A stretch of 64,000 nucleotides of DNA, taken from the NCBI GenBank assembly GCA_903906425.1, contig CAIVKH010000238.1, positions 4,444 through 68,443 of the forward strand, written 5' to 3'. Under the pieces are notes generated by a model that was given only the letters and a program-made list of their open reading frames with translations, searched no databases and was not told the DNA's origin. Origin of the DNA: an uncultured bacterium (GTDB lineage Bacteria > Verrucomicrobiota > Kiritimatiellia > CAIVKH01). The number at the start of each line of letters is the position of its first letter. The stretch's first letter is position 1. Shown one piece after another: positions 1 to 9,718 of this stretch. Made by a program: the position numbers and the translations under genes.

Positions 1-296
1 TCCACAGATTGAACGAGCTTCTTGAGAAGCGTGGTGCTTTGGTGAAAGACGTAGTCGCAGATTTTCCCGATTTCCCGCAACTCGTCAAAGACAGCCGAAA
101 TTATTACACGCATTTTGACCCGAAGCTTCTCGCCAAAGGGCGGGTCGCTGAAAAAACTCAACTGGCACTTCTCATCCAAAGCATGAAGATCCTTTTGGAA
201 GTGCTATTCCTCTCCGACTTGGGAATTGGCGACGCGGCGATATCAAAAGCTAAGAGCCGGCGAGCATCGGTGATTCACTCCATTGGCGGCAGATGA
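1..296 (+). CDS. 3' fragment of a HEPN-domain (ApeA-like) protein; N-terminus lies upstream of the window
   Basis: Frame is open from the window edge to TGA 294-296. The tail reads ...QLVKDSRNYYTHFDPKLLAKG..., an R-x4-H (RNxxTH) HEPN-type motif followed by a helical Leu-rich C-terminus. Confidence 0.4.
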   Translation, partial: HRLNELLEKRGALVKDVVADFPDFPQLVKDSRNYYTHFDPKLLAKGRVAEKTQLALLIQSMKILLEVLFLSDLGIGDAAISKAKSRRASVIHSIGGR

Positions 297-320
297 TGGC
301 AAGAAGTCCCAGGCGCAAAG

Positions 321-367
321 TTCCAATGATTGGAAATTTGCCGGGCGGGGTTTTCCAATGATTGGAA
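321..367. repeat. P15 pair: 2 x TTCCAATGATTGGAA, 32-bp phase
   Basis: Perfect copies at 321-335 and 353-367. Spacer atttgccgggcggggtt. Intergenic. Confidence 0.95.
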
Positions 368-471
368 GTTGCGGTGGGCGGGGCGGGCGGCGGATCAGGG
401 GCGCGCTTTTGGGGCAGTTTTCCGACGATTCTTGCGAAAATATGGCAAAACGGGCGGAATGTGGCGGTTGT

Positions 472-723
472 TCATGCGGTGTCCGTCATATTAGTAACGC
501 ACGATTGCACAGAAGCGATGTCCGTCGTCATCTCCGCCATTATTCCGGTCATCTTCACAATGATTCCGCTCGACTTGGCAATGATCACGCTCATCGTCGC
601 AATTAGCCCTGTCATGGTCGGAGTGAATATTGTCATCTTCTGAATGATTCTGGTTATATCAGTATTCGATCCGAGCATTGCATGAACGATCCTTGTCATG
701 GTAGTAATGCTCCCTGTCATGGA
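472..723. repeat. Degenerate tandem array, about 12 x 21 bp (consensus roughly cgcAATGATtCcgGTCATctt)
   Basis: Cutting 472-723 into 21-mers aligns AATGAT and GTCAT blocks in most units. The minus ORF 472..720 reads as heptads (MTGSITT MTRIVHA MLGSNTD ITRIIQK MTIFTPT MTGLIAT MSVIIAK SSGIIVK MTGIMAE MTTDIAS ...). The region is visibly AT-richer than its flanks. Confidence 0.8.
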
Positions 724-862
724 CGCCTCGTTTCCGGGCCTCGCCGAATTTTTCCCGGGCGTCGCCGGTGCGTCCGCGGTGGCGCGCGGTTTGATGGATG
801 GGGTCGCTCTCCCGCATTTCGCGGTGAGCGCGGAGGTCCGGATGGAGGACGAAAGGAATAGT

Positions 863-1189
863 ATGAGCGATGCATTGAGTAATCAGCCGGTCGTCGCGGT
901 TCCAGGGCTGGAACAGGCGCTGGGCGCGATCGACAGTTTGACGCGGTGGCGGGTGCTTTCGACGCTGGCGCTCGGCGAGGCGCTGCTGATCGTGGAGCTG
1001 TCGGAGAAGCTGGAGGTGGATCAGTCGGCGATGTCGAGGCACATGGCGGTGCTGTTTCGCGCGGGGATGGTGACGCGGAACCGGGCGGGGCAATACCGGA
1101 TTCCGCCGCAGTTCCTGAAGGAGCCGGGAAAGCGCGTGGCGGATTTCGGCCACTTCGTGCTGCGACTGGAGCCGGCGGCGGAAGAATGA
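863..1189 (+). CDS. ArsR/SmtB-family winged-helix transcriptional regulator (no Cys metal site visible)
   Basis: ...RWRVLSTLALGEALLIVELSEKLEVDQSAMSRHMAVLFRAGMVTRNRAGQYRI... is an ArsR-type HTH plus wing. ATG at 863 is preceded by ggaggac/aaagga. The track ORF 698.. is probably an N-terminal over-extension. Confidence 0.7.
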   Translation: MSDALSNQPVVAVPGLEQALGAIDSLTRWRVLSTLALGEALLIVELSEKLEVDQSAMSRHMAVLFRAGMVTRNRAGQYRIPPQFLKEPGKRVADFGHFVLRLEPAAEE

Positions 1190-1238
1190 GCGACGAGCAG
1201 GCTTTCCGGCGCGGCGGCGGTTCTGGTATGGAAAAAGC

Positions 1239-2435
1239 GTGACGACGAAATCTCAAATGAGCGGCCGCATCGCTTTTGTCTGCCCGCGCTTTTCCGAGGG
1301 CGCGACCGTCGGCGGGGCGGAGACGCTGCTGAAGGCGCTGGCGATTCGCTGCGCGAAGGCGGGGCGGAAGGTTGATTTCCTGACGACTTGCGCGACGAAT
1401 CATTATACGTGGGAAAATTCCATTCCGGCCGGCTCGAAGGAAACCGACGGAATGACGGTCCGATTTTTTCCGGTGAACGATGATCGCGATGTTTCGAATT
1501 TTCTTCGCGTGCAGGGCGCGATTGACAAGCGCGTGAAGGTCGGAGCGGAAGACGAGCAGGTGTGGATCGGCAACAGCGTGAACTCGCGCGCGCTGATCGA
1601 GCACCTGCAGAAGCACGCGGGCGACTACGACCGGATCGTGATGGGGCCGTATCTTTTCGGCGTCGTTTATTTCGCCAGCAAGGTCGCGCCGGAAAAAACG
1701 CTGATGGTTCCGTGCCTGCACGACGAGGCGTTCGCGTATCTCGGCATCATGAACGAGATGTTCAACCGCGTTCGCGGTTTCATGTTCAACACGCACCCCG
1801 AGCAGGCGCTGGCGCAAAAACTTTACGGCGTCCCCGATTCGAAATGCAGCGTCGTCGGCCTCGGCGTCGAGTCGTTCGACGCGGACCCGAAGGCGTTCGC
1901 CGCGCGCCGCGGCATCGCGTCGCCGTACGTCGTCTATTCGGGCCGCCGCGAACCGCTGAAGGGAACGCCGCTGCTGACCGCCTACGTCCATGCGTTCCGC
2001 GAGCGCACCGGCCGCGATGTGAAAATCGTCTTCACCGGCAGCGGCCAGATTGACGCGCCGGCCGGGATGGACGAGCACATCATCGACGTTGGCTTCGTTT
2101 CCGAGCAGGAAAAACATGAGGCGATGGCCGGCGCGGTCGCGTTCATTCATCCCTCCGTCAACGAGAGTCTCGGCATCGTCCTGCTGGAATCGTGGCTGGC
2201 GCGCACGCCCGCGCTGGTCCACGCGAAGAGCGCGGTGCTTCGCGACCAGTGCCTGCGCAGCGGCGCGGGCCTGTGGTTTCGCCGCTATCCGGAATTCGAG
2301 GAGGAACTCTCGCTGCTGCTCGACAACCCCGATCAGCGCCGCGCGCTCGGCGAGGCCGGGCGAAATTTCGTTCAGCGCGAGTACGCCTGGAGCGCCGTCG
2401 AGTCGCGGTTGTTCGCCGCGCTGGACGCGCTTTGA
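1239..2435 (+). CDS. Glycosyltransferase, GT4/GT1 (GT-B) family
   Basis: C-terminal domain has REPLKG...HPSVNESLGIVLLESWLARTPALV (E-x7-E-type motif). Alternative start is ATG 1257 (MSGRIAFVCPRF). Confidence 0.8.
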   Translation: MTTKSQMSGRIAFVCPRFSEGATVGGAETLLKALAIRCAKAGRKVDFLTTCATNHYTWENSIPAGSKETDGMTVRFFPVNDDRDVSNFLRVQGAIDKRVKVGAEDEQVWIGNSVNSRALIEHLQKHAGDYDRIVMGPYLFGVVYFASKVAPEKTLMVPCLHDEAFAYLGIMNEMFNRVRGFMFNTHPEQALAQKLYGVPDSKCSVVGLGVESFDADPKAFAARRGIASPYVVYSGRREPLKGTPLLTAYVHAFRERTGRDVKIVFTGSGQIDAPAGMDEHIIDVGFVSEQEKHEAMAGAVAFIHPSVNESLGIVLLESWLARTPALVHAKSAVLRDQCLRSGAGLWFRRYPEFEEELSLLLDNPDQRRALGEAGRNFVQREYAWSAVESRLFAALDAL

Positions 2436-2449
2436 CGCGCAGCGCTGGC

Positions 2450-2496
2450 TTCCAATGATTGGAAGTTGCGGCAGGCAGATTTTCCAATGATTGGAA
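2450..2496. repeat. P15 pair, 32-bp phase
   Basis: Perfect TTCCAATGATTGGAA at 2450-2464 and 2482-2496. Spacer gttgcggcaggcagatt. Lies between the GT4 stop (2435) and the sulfatase start (2519). Confidence 0.95.
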
Positions 2497-2518
2497 AATT
2501 TTAGCGCGGAGCCGATCC

Positions 2519-3988
<1,470 letters not shown>

Positions 3989-4080
3989 ACGAGGCCGGCT
4001 CAGGCGAAGATTGAAAACGGCCGGGAAATCTGGAATCAGATTGCCTGTGCCACCAATCCGAAAACCAAACTGGAGAATCT

Positions 4081-4788
4081 GTGAACGGACCTGACATCAT
4101 CGTTGCCCTCGACGTGCCTTCCAGCGCGGAGATCAAACCCGTGCTCGCCCGCCTGCCCGCCGAGCTGAATTGGTACAAAGTCGGCCTCGAGCTTTTCTGC
4201 GCCGAAGGCCCCACCGCGCTTGCGCCGCTACGCGAAAGAAGCTGCAACATATTTCTCGACCTCAAACTCCACGACATCCCGCGCACCGTCGAACGCGCCG
4301 TGAAGTCCGCGTCGAAGCTCGGCGTGAAGTTGCTGACGCTCCACGCGTGCGGCGGACGCGCGATGCTCGAAGCCGCGGCGAAGGCCGCGAAGGAAGCCGG
4401 CCCGGATCGTCCGCGCCTGCTCGCCGTCACCGTGCTGACCAGCATGGACGCGCGCGATCTTTCCGACATCGGCGTGACGCGCGCGGTGTCCGATCAAGTG
4501 AAAGCGCTGGCTGATCTCGCGATCTCGGCCGGCATCGACGGGCTTGTCTGCTCGCCGCAGGAAGTTGGCGAACTGCGGAAACGCCTCGGCCCGGCGGCGC
4601 TGCTGGTCACGCCCGGAATCCGCCTGCCCGGCGGCGAACTCGGTGATCAGAAACGCGTGGCAACGCCCGGTTCTGCGGCGCGCGACGGCGCGACGCATCT
4701 GGTCATCGGCCGCCCGATTCTCGAAGCATCGGATCCCGCCGCCGCCGTCCGCGCGATCAAGGCCGACATTGCCGCGGCGCTGAAATAG
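4081..4788 (+). CDS. pyrF: Orotidine 5'-phosphate decarboxylase
   Basis: IIVALDV..., FLDLKLHDIPRTV, LVIGRPI motifs. GTG start preceded by ggaga. Confidence 0.9.
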   Translation: MNGPDIIVALDVPSSAEIKPVLARLPAELNWYKVGLELFCAEGPTALAPLRERSCNIFLDLKLHDIPRTVERAVKSASKLGVKLLTLHACGGRAMLEAAAKAAKEAGPDRPRLLAVTVLTSMDARDLSDIGVTRAVSDQVKALADLAISAGIDGLVCSPQEVGELRKRLGPAALLVTPGIRLPGGELGDQKRVATPGSAARDGATHLVIGRPILEASDPAAAVRAIKADIAAALK

Positions 4789-4805
4789 GATTCGCGCCAA
4801 CACTC

Positions 4806-5885
4806 ATGCCCGCCATTCACCAGCTTGTCGCCGGATTCAGCAAGGGCGACGCGATCAGCAACGAGGCGCGCGTGCTGCGCGCGATGTTCCGCTCGTGGGG
4901 GCACACGTCGGAAATTTTCTGCGAGACGAAAAGAATTCTTCCGGAGCTGCGGAAGGATTGCCGTGAGTTGCAGACGGCGGCCGGAACCATCGCGCCGGAC
5001 GATGTCGTCGTCCTGCATCTTTCCATCGGCTCGCCGATCAACGAAATTTTTCCGCGGCTGCCGGGCCGCAAGCTCATCGTCTACCACAACGTCACGCCGC
5101 CGGATTTCTTCCGCGGCCTCAGCGAGGAAATCCGCGGGCTGCTTCGTCGCGGCCTCGAGCAGGCGCGCGCGCTGGCGGGCGTCGGCGAAGTCACCGTGGC
5201 CGACAGCAAGTTCAACGCGACGGAACTTGAGGCGATGGGACACCGCAATGTGCAGGTGATGCCGCTGATGCTCGATCGCGCGCAGTGGGAGGGCGACTGC
5301 GACCGCCGGGTTCTCGGGCAAATGCGCGACGGGATGAAGAATATTTTGTTCGTGGGCCGCTGCGCGCCGAACAAGCGGATCGAAGATTTGATCTTCGCGT
5401 TTTACTTCTTCCAGAAATACGTCACGCCGGAATCGCGGCTGATCCACGTCGGTTCGTGGGCCGGCATCGAACGCTACTACGCGCTGCTGCGAACGAAGGC
5501 GGCCGACCTGCGGATGGAAAACGTGCTGTTCACCGGCTCGATTCCGCCCGCGCAATTGCGCGCCTATTTTCAGACCGCCGATGTTTTCCTTTCGATGAGC
5601 GAGCACGAGGGCTTCTGCATTCCGCTGATCGAGGCGATGGCCCACGGCGTGCCGGTGATGGCGTTCGCGGCGGGCGCGGTGCCCGACACGCTCGACGGCG
5701 CGGGCGTTTTGTTCCGCGAGAAAAAATTCGACGCCGTCGCCGAGATGCTCGGCAAACTTTGCGCGGACTCCACGCTGCGCCAGTCCGTCATTGCCGCGCA
5801 GCGCGCCCGCGTGGACCGCTACTTCGCGCAGGATATTCCGAAGCGCTGGCGCGATGCGCTCGCGCCGCTGCTGGCCGGCCGGTAG
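4806..5885 (+). CDS. Glycosyltransferase, GT4 family
   Basis: ILFVGRCAPNKR...LSMSEHEGFCIPLIEAMAHGVPVMAFAAGAVPDTL. Confidence 0.85.
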   Translation: MPAIHQLVAGFSKGDAISNEARVLRAMFRSWGHTSEIFCETKRILPELRKDCRELQTAAGTIAPDDVVVLHLSIGSPINEIFPRLPGRKLIVYHNVTPPDFFRGLSEEIRGLLRRGLEQARALAGVGEVTVADSKFNATELEAMGHRNVQVMPLMLDRAQWEGDCDRRVLGQMRDGMKNILFVGRCAPNKRIEDLIFAFYFFQKYVTPESRLIHVGSWAGIERYYALLRTKAADLRMENVLFTGSIPPAQLRAYFQTADVFLSMSEHEGFCIPLIEAMAHGVPVMAFAAGAVPDTLDGAGVLFREKKFDAVAEMLGKLCADSTLRQSVIAAQRARVDRYFAQDIPKRWRDALAPLLAGR

Positions 5886-5886
5886 T

Positions 5887-5934
5887 TTCCAATCATTGGA
5901 AAACACCGCTTGCGAAAACTTCCAATGATTGGAA
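5887..5934. repeat. P15 pair, 33-bp phase
   Basis: TTCCAATCATTGGAA at 5887-5901 and TTCCAATGATTGGAA at 5920-5934, both perfect. Starts 2 nt after the GT4 stop codon. Confidence 0.95.
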
Positions 5935-5984
5935 CTTGCGCGCGATGCAGCTTGCGGCGGGCCTTCGCGAACCGATAGTCTGCC

Positions 5985-6002
5985 GGGGGCGGGGGGGGGG
6001 GG
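5985..6002 (+). repeat. Homopolymeric tract GGGGGCGGGGGGGGGGGG (G5-C-G12)
   Basis: Read directly: G at 5985-5989, C at 5990, G12 at 5991-6002. The tract ends 15 nt upstream of ATG 6018 of the beta-helix protein gene. Confidence 0.9.
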
Positions 6003-6017
6003 ACGCGGCGACGTGAA

Positions 6018-7571
6018 ATGGCGATGAAAAAGGCGGCACTCATATTCGGTTTTGTCCTCGCTCCCGTTCTGGGCGCAGTCTCCGCGACGTGGCACGTTGC
6101 GACCAACGGCAACGACCGCGCGGATGGCGCGGGTCCGGCAACGGCCAAGGCCTCGATTCAGGCCGCGATTGATCTGGCCGCGCCGGGCGACATCGTGCTG
6201 GTCGGCGATGGCGTTTATGCCACCGGCGGCCGCGTGGCCATCGGCGCGCTCACCAACCGCATCGTGGTTCGAACCGGCGTTTGCGTACAGAGCGTCAACG
6301 GGCCTTCGCGAGCGGTCATCCGCGGCTCCGGCGCGCCCGATGTCAACGCCGTGCGCTGCGCGTATCTTGGGAAGGACGCCAGCCTGTGCGGCTTCACGCT
6401 GACCGGCGGCGGCACCACGGTGGACAACGTGAAGCCCGACTGCCACGGCGGCGGGGTTTATTGCGAGCCGTCGGCCGTGCTGAGCAACTGCGTGCTCGCT
6501 GGCAACGGGGCGTTTCACGACGGCGGCGGCGCCTATTGCGGAACGCTGAACAATTGCGTGCTGCGCGGCAACTCCGCGCTCTTCGGCGGCGGCGCGTTCG
6601 CCGCCACGCTGAACAACTGCACGCTGTACGGCAACACCGCGTCCTATGGCGGCGGCTCCGCGTGGTATGGCACGCTGAACAACTGCATCCTCTCGAACAA
6701 TTCCGCGCTCTTCGGCGGTGGCTCGGACAACGACAGCGCGCTGAACAACTGCATCCTCACCGGCAACACCGCCGAGCGCAATGGCGGCGGATCGGATGGC
6801 GGCACGCTGAACAACTGCACGCTGGCCGGCAACACCGCCAGCCGCAACGGCGGCGGCACCGATGGCGGCACGCTCAACGGCTGTGTCCTGTCCGGAAATT
6901 CCGCGGGGCGAAACGGCGGCGGATCGGAGGGCGGCTGGCTGGCCCGTTGCACGCTGGCCGGCAATGCCGCCGGCAATCTCGGCGGCGGCGCGCATCTCGG
7001 CGCGCTCAACAACTGCGTCATCGCCGGCAACTCCGCGATCGGCGGCGGCGGCGCGGCGTATGCGGCGCTGGACAACTGCGTCGTTTCCGGCAACACCGCG
7101 CGCGCCTATGGCGGCGGCACATTTCAAGGCACGCTCAACAACTGCCTGCTCACCGGCAACTCCGCCGCCTTCAGCTTCGGCGGCTCGCTCGGCGGCACGC
7201 AGAACAACTGCACGGTTGTCGGCAACACTGCCGGCAATCACGGCGGCGGCATCAGCGGCGCCGAGCTCAACAACTGCATCGTTTATTTCAACACCGCGCC
7301 CGAAGCGCCCAACGGCAGCAGCAATCTCATGAACCACTGCTGCACCGCGCCCCTGCCCGCCGAAGGAACCGCCAACATCACCAACGATCCCGGCTTCATC
7401 AACGCCGCCGCGGCCGACTACCGCCTCGATTTGCATTCCCCCTGCATTGACGCGGGCGGCAAGACCGGCCTTCCGCCCGCGGCCGATCTCGACAACAAGC
7501 CCCGCGTCGTCAACGGCGTCATCGACCTCGGCGCCTACGAATTTCAAGGTGCCAAGCCCACCGCCCCGTGA
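6018..7571 (+). CDS. Secreted right-handed beta-helix repeat protein (DUF1565-like N-terminus, about 13 Pmp-like repeats, choice-of-anchor-Q-like C-terminus)
   Basis: Signal peptide MAMKKAALIFGFVLAPVLGAVSA. N-terminus WHVATNGND...GDIVLVGDGVY. About 13 repeats of roughly 22-23 aa (LNNCxLxGNxAxxxGGG). C-terminus DPGFINAAAADYRLDLHSPCIDAG...IDLGAYEF. Confidence 0.8.
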   Translation: MAMKKAALIFGFVLAPVLGAVSATWHVATNGNDRADGAGPATAKASIQAAIDLAAPGDIVLVGDGVYATGGRVAIGALTNRIVVRTGVCVQSVNGPSRAVIRGSGAPDVNAVRCAYLGKDASLCGFTLTGGGTTVDNVKPDCHGGGVYCEPSAVLSNCVLAGNGAFHDGGGAYCGTLNNCVLRGNSALFGGGAFAATLNNCTLYGNTASYGGGSAWYGTLNNCILSNNSALFGGGSDNDSALNNCILTGNTAERNGGGSDGGTLNNCTLAGNTASRNGGGTDGGTLNGCVLSGNSAGRNGGGSEGGWLARCTLAGNAAGNLGGGAHLGALNNCVIAGNSAIGGGGAAYAALDNCVVSGNTARAYGGGTFQGTLNNCLLTGNSAAFSFGGSLGGTQNNCTVVGNTAGNHGGGISGAELNNCIVYFNTAPEAPNGSSNLMNHCCTAPLPAEGTANITNDPGFINAAAADYRLDLHSPCIDAGGKTGLPPAADLDNKPRVVNGVIDLGAYEFQGAKPTAP

Positions 7572-7596
7572 GCCCGGCGGACTCGGCGGCGATGAC

Positions 7597-7643
7597 TTCC
7601 AATGATTGGAAATGGCCGCGGCGAAAAGTTCCAATCATTGGAA
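7597..7643. repeat. P15 pair, 32-bp phase
   Basis: Perfect copies at 7597-7611 (G centre) and 7629-7643 (C centre). Spacer atggccgcggcgaaaag. Confidence 0.95.
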
Positions 7644-7752
7644 ATCTGCCGTGAGGGGCCGCGCGCGGGCCGGCTTAGGGGAAAATATGGAAGAAATTTT
7701 TTGCCACGACAGAAAGTTTCTGCCAATTTCCCCGCGGAATCGATCGCGAATT

Positions 7753-8748
7753 ATGCAAAGCACAAAGCCCGAAACCAGCATTGCGCAAGTGGATCGTGCC
7801 GTATGGCTCGATCTGATGCGCTGCATGATCCGCGCCCGCAGAATCGAGGAGCGGCTCATCCGGCTTTATCACCAGGGCAAGATCATCGGCGGCTGCTACA
7901 CAGGCATCGGCGAGGAGGCCATCGGCGCGGCCACCGCACTGGCGGCGGGGACGGAGGATCTTTTTTCGCCGCTGACGCGCGACCTGACGGTCCACCTCGG
8001 CCGCGGTACGATGACGCTGGAAGTCTTCCGCCATTGGCTTGGCCGCAGCACCGGCGTGACGCGCGGACGCGACGGTAATGTTCACCACGGCGATCCGAAA
8101 CTTGGCATCTATCCGATGATCTCCCACCTCGGCGCGATGATGTCCGTCATCGTCGGCGGCGTGATGGCGCGGCGCCGGCAGGGCAAGGATTCCATCGGCA
8201 TCAGCTACATCGGCGACGGCGCGACCAGCACCGGCGATTTCCACGAGGCCGTCAATTTTGCCGCCGTGTTCGAGGTTCCCGTTTTGTTCGTCATCGAGAA
8301 CAACAAATTCGCCTATTCGACGCCGGTGTCGGAGCAATACCGCTGCAAAAACCTGATTGACCGCGCGCCCGGCTACGGCATCGAAGGACATAGTCTGGAC
8401 GGCAATGACGCCGTTTCTCTTTATCTGTTCGCAAAAGAACTCATCGCCGACATGCGCCGCAACCCGCGGGCCGTGATGATCGAATGCGACACGCTCCGGA
8501 TGCGCGGCCACGGCGAACACGATGACGCTTCGTATGTGCCGGCGGAATTGAAGACGAAATATGCCGCCCGCGATCCGATCAAAACTGCGCGGAAGATGCT
8601 CGCCGAGGCCGGCGTTGCCTCCGATGCCGACATCGCGGTGATCGAAAAAGAAATCCTTTCCGAGATCGATGCCGCCGTGCAGCAGGCGCTGTGCGAGCCG
8701 GCCCCCGATGCGGCGACCCTGATGGAGGGCATCTATGCCGCTGGCTGA
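7753..8748 (+). CDS. 2-oxoacid (pyruvate/branched-chain/acetoin-type) dehydrogenase E1 alpha subunit, TPP-dependent
   Basis: YIGDGATSTGDFHEAVNFAAVFEVPVLFVIENNKFAYSTP (TPP motif). ATG at 7753; the track start 7606 runs through the P15 repeat. Confidence 0.85.
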   Translation: MQSTKPETSIAQVDRAVWLDLMRCMIRARRIEERLIRLYHQGKIIGGCYTGIGEEAIGAATALAAGTEDLFSPLTRDLTVHLGRGTMTLEVFRHWLGRSTGVTRGRDGNVHHGDPKLGIYPMISHLGAMMSVIVGGVMARRRQGKDSIGISYIGDGATSTGDFHEAVNFAAVFEVPVLFVIENNKFAYSTPVSEQYRCKNLIDRAPGYGIEGHSLDGNDAVSLYLFAKELIADMRRNPRAVMIECDTLRMRGHGEHDDASYVPAELKTKYAARDPIKTARKMLAEAGVASDADIAVIEKEILSEIDAAVQQALCEPAPDAATLMEGIYAAG

Positions 8749-9718
8749 AATCACCTATCTGGAAGGCATCCGCCAGGGCATGCGCCTGGCGATGCAGCGG
8801 CATCCCGAAGTCGTGCTCTTTGGCGAGGACGTCGGACAGTTTGGCGGCGCGTTCAAAGTCACGCTGGGATTTCTCGACGAGTTCGGCAAGGATCGCGTCT
8901 TCGACACGCCGATCAGCGAATCGGCCATTCTCGGCGCGGCCGTCGGTATGGCCACGCAGGGGCTCAAGCCGGTGGTCGAAATGCAGTTCGCCGACTTCGC
9001 GATGGTGGCCATCCACCAGATCCTCAACAACGCCGGCACCTGCCACTATCGCACCGGCCTGGCCGCGCCGGTCACCATCCGCCTTCCGTGCGGCGGCGGA
9101 TTTTTCGGCGGCCCGTTTCACTCCGAGGAGCTCGAAACATTTTTTTGCCACATGCCCGGCATCAAGGTCGTCTATCCCGCGTTCCCGTCGGACGCGCGCG
9201 GCCTGCTCTACGCGTCCATCCTCGATCCGAACCCGGTCGTCTTTCTCGAAAACAAATATCTCTACCGCCACATCAAGGAAATTGCGCCGGTGTCATTCGA
9301 CCCGATCCGCCTCGGCTCGGCCCGCATCTGCCGCGGCGGCCGCGACGCGGTCATTATCACCTACGGCGCGATGGTTCACGAATCCATGCGGGCCGCCGAG
9401 CGCGTGGCCCACGATTCCGGTTACGAAACGATGGTTTTGGACATGCGCACGCTCAAACCTTATGACGAAGACGCCGTGCTCGCCGCCGTCGCCTCCACCG
9501 GCCGCGTCCTGATTGCGCACGAAGGCTGGCGTACCTGCGGCTTCGGCGCGGAACTCTCCGCGCTGATTGCCGAACGTGCATTTCATCTTCTCGACGCGCC
9601 CGTGCGCCGCGTCACCGCCCCGGATTGCCCCGTGCCGTTTGCGCCCGAGTTGGAGAAGGCCTATCGTCCAAACGCAGACAAGATCGAAGCCGCGCTGGTT
9701 GACCTGCTGGAATACTAA
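8735..9718 (+). CDS. 2-oxoacid dehydrogenase E1 beta subunit
   Basis: Transketolase-like pyrimidine-binding and C-terminal domains (FGEDVGQFGGAFKVT..., DTPISESAILGAAVGMA). Overlaps the E1 alpha stop; RBS ggaggg. Confidence 0.9.
   Translation: MPLAEITYLEGIRQGMRLAMQRHPEVVLFGEDVGQFGGAFKVTLGFLDEFGKDRVFDTPISESAILGAAVGMATQGLKPVVEMQFADFAMVAIHQILNNAGTCHYRTGLAAPVTIRLPCGGGFFGGPFHSEELETFFCHMPGIKVVYPAFPSDARGLLYASILDPNPVVFLENKYLYRHIKEIAPVSFDPIRLGSARICRGGRDAVIITYGAMVHESMRAAERVAHDSGYETMVLDMRTLKPYDEDAVLAAVASTGRVLIAHEGWRTCGFGAELSALIAERAFHLLDAPVRRVTAPDCPVPFAPELEKAYRPNADKIEAALVDLLEY

Noticed and set aside
717-2222. 501-aa minus-strand ORF
   Set aside because: Arg/Pro/Ala-rich shadow ORF antisense to the ArsR-type and GT4 genes. 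No recognisable motifs.
4647-7634. 995-aa minus-strand ORF
   Set aside because: It is antisense to pyrF, a GT4 gene and the beta-helix gene, all of which have clear family motifs. It is an Ala/Gly/Arg-rich translation typical of high-GC shadow frames, and it runs through two P15 sets.
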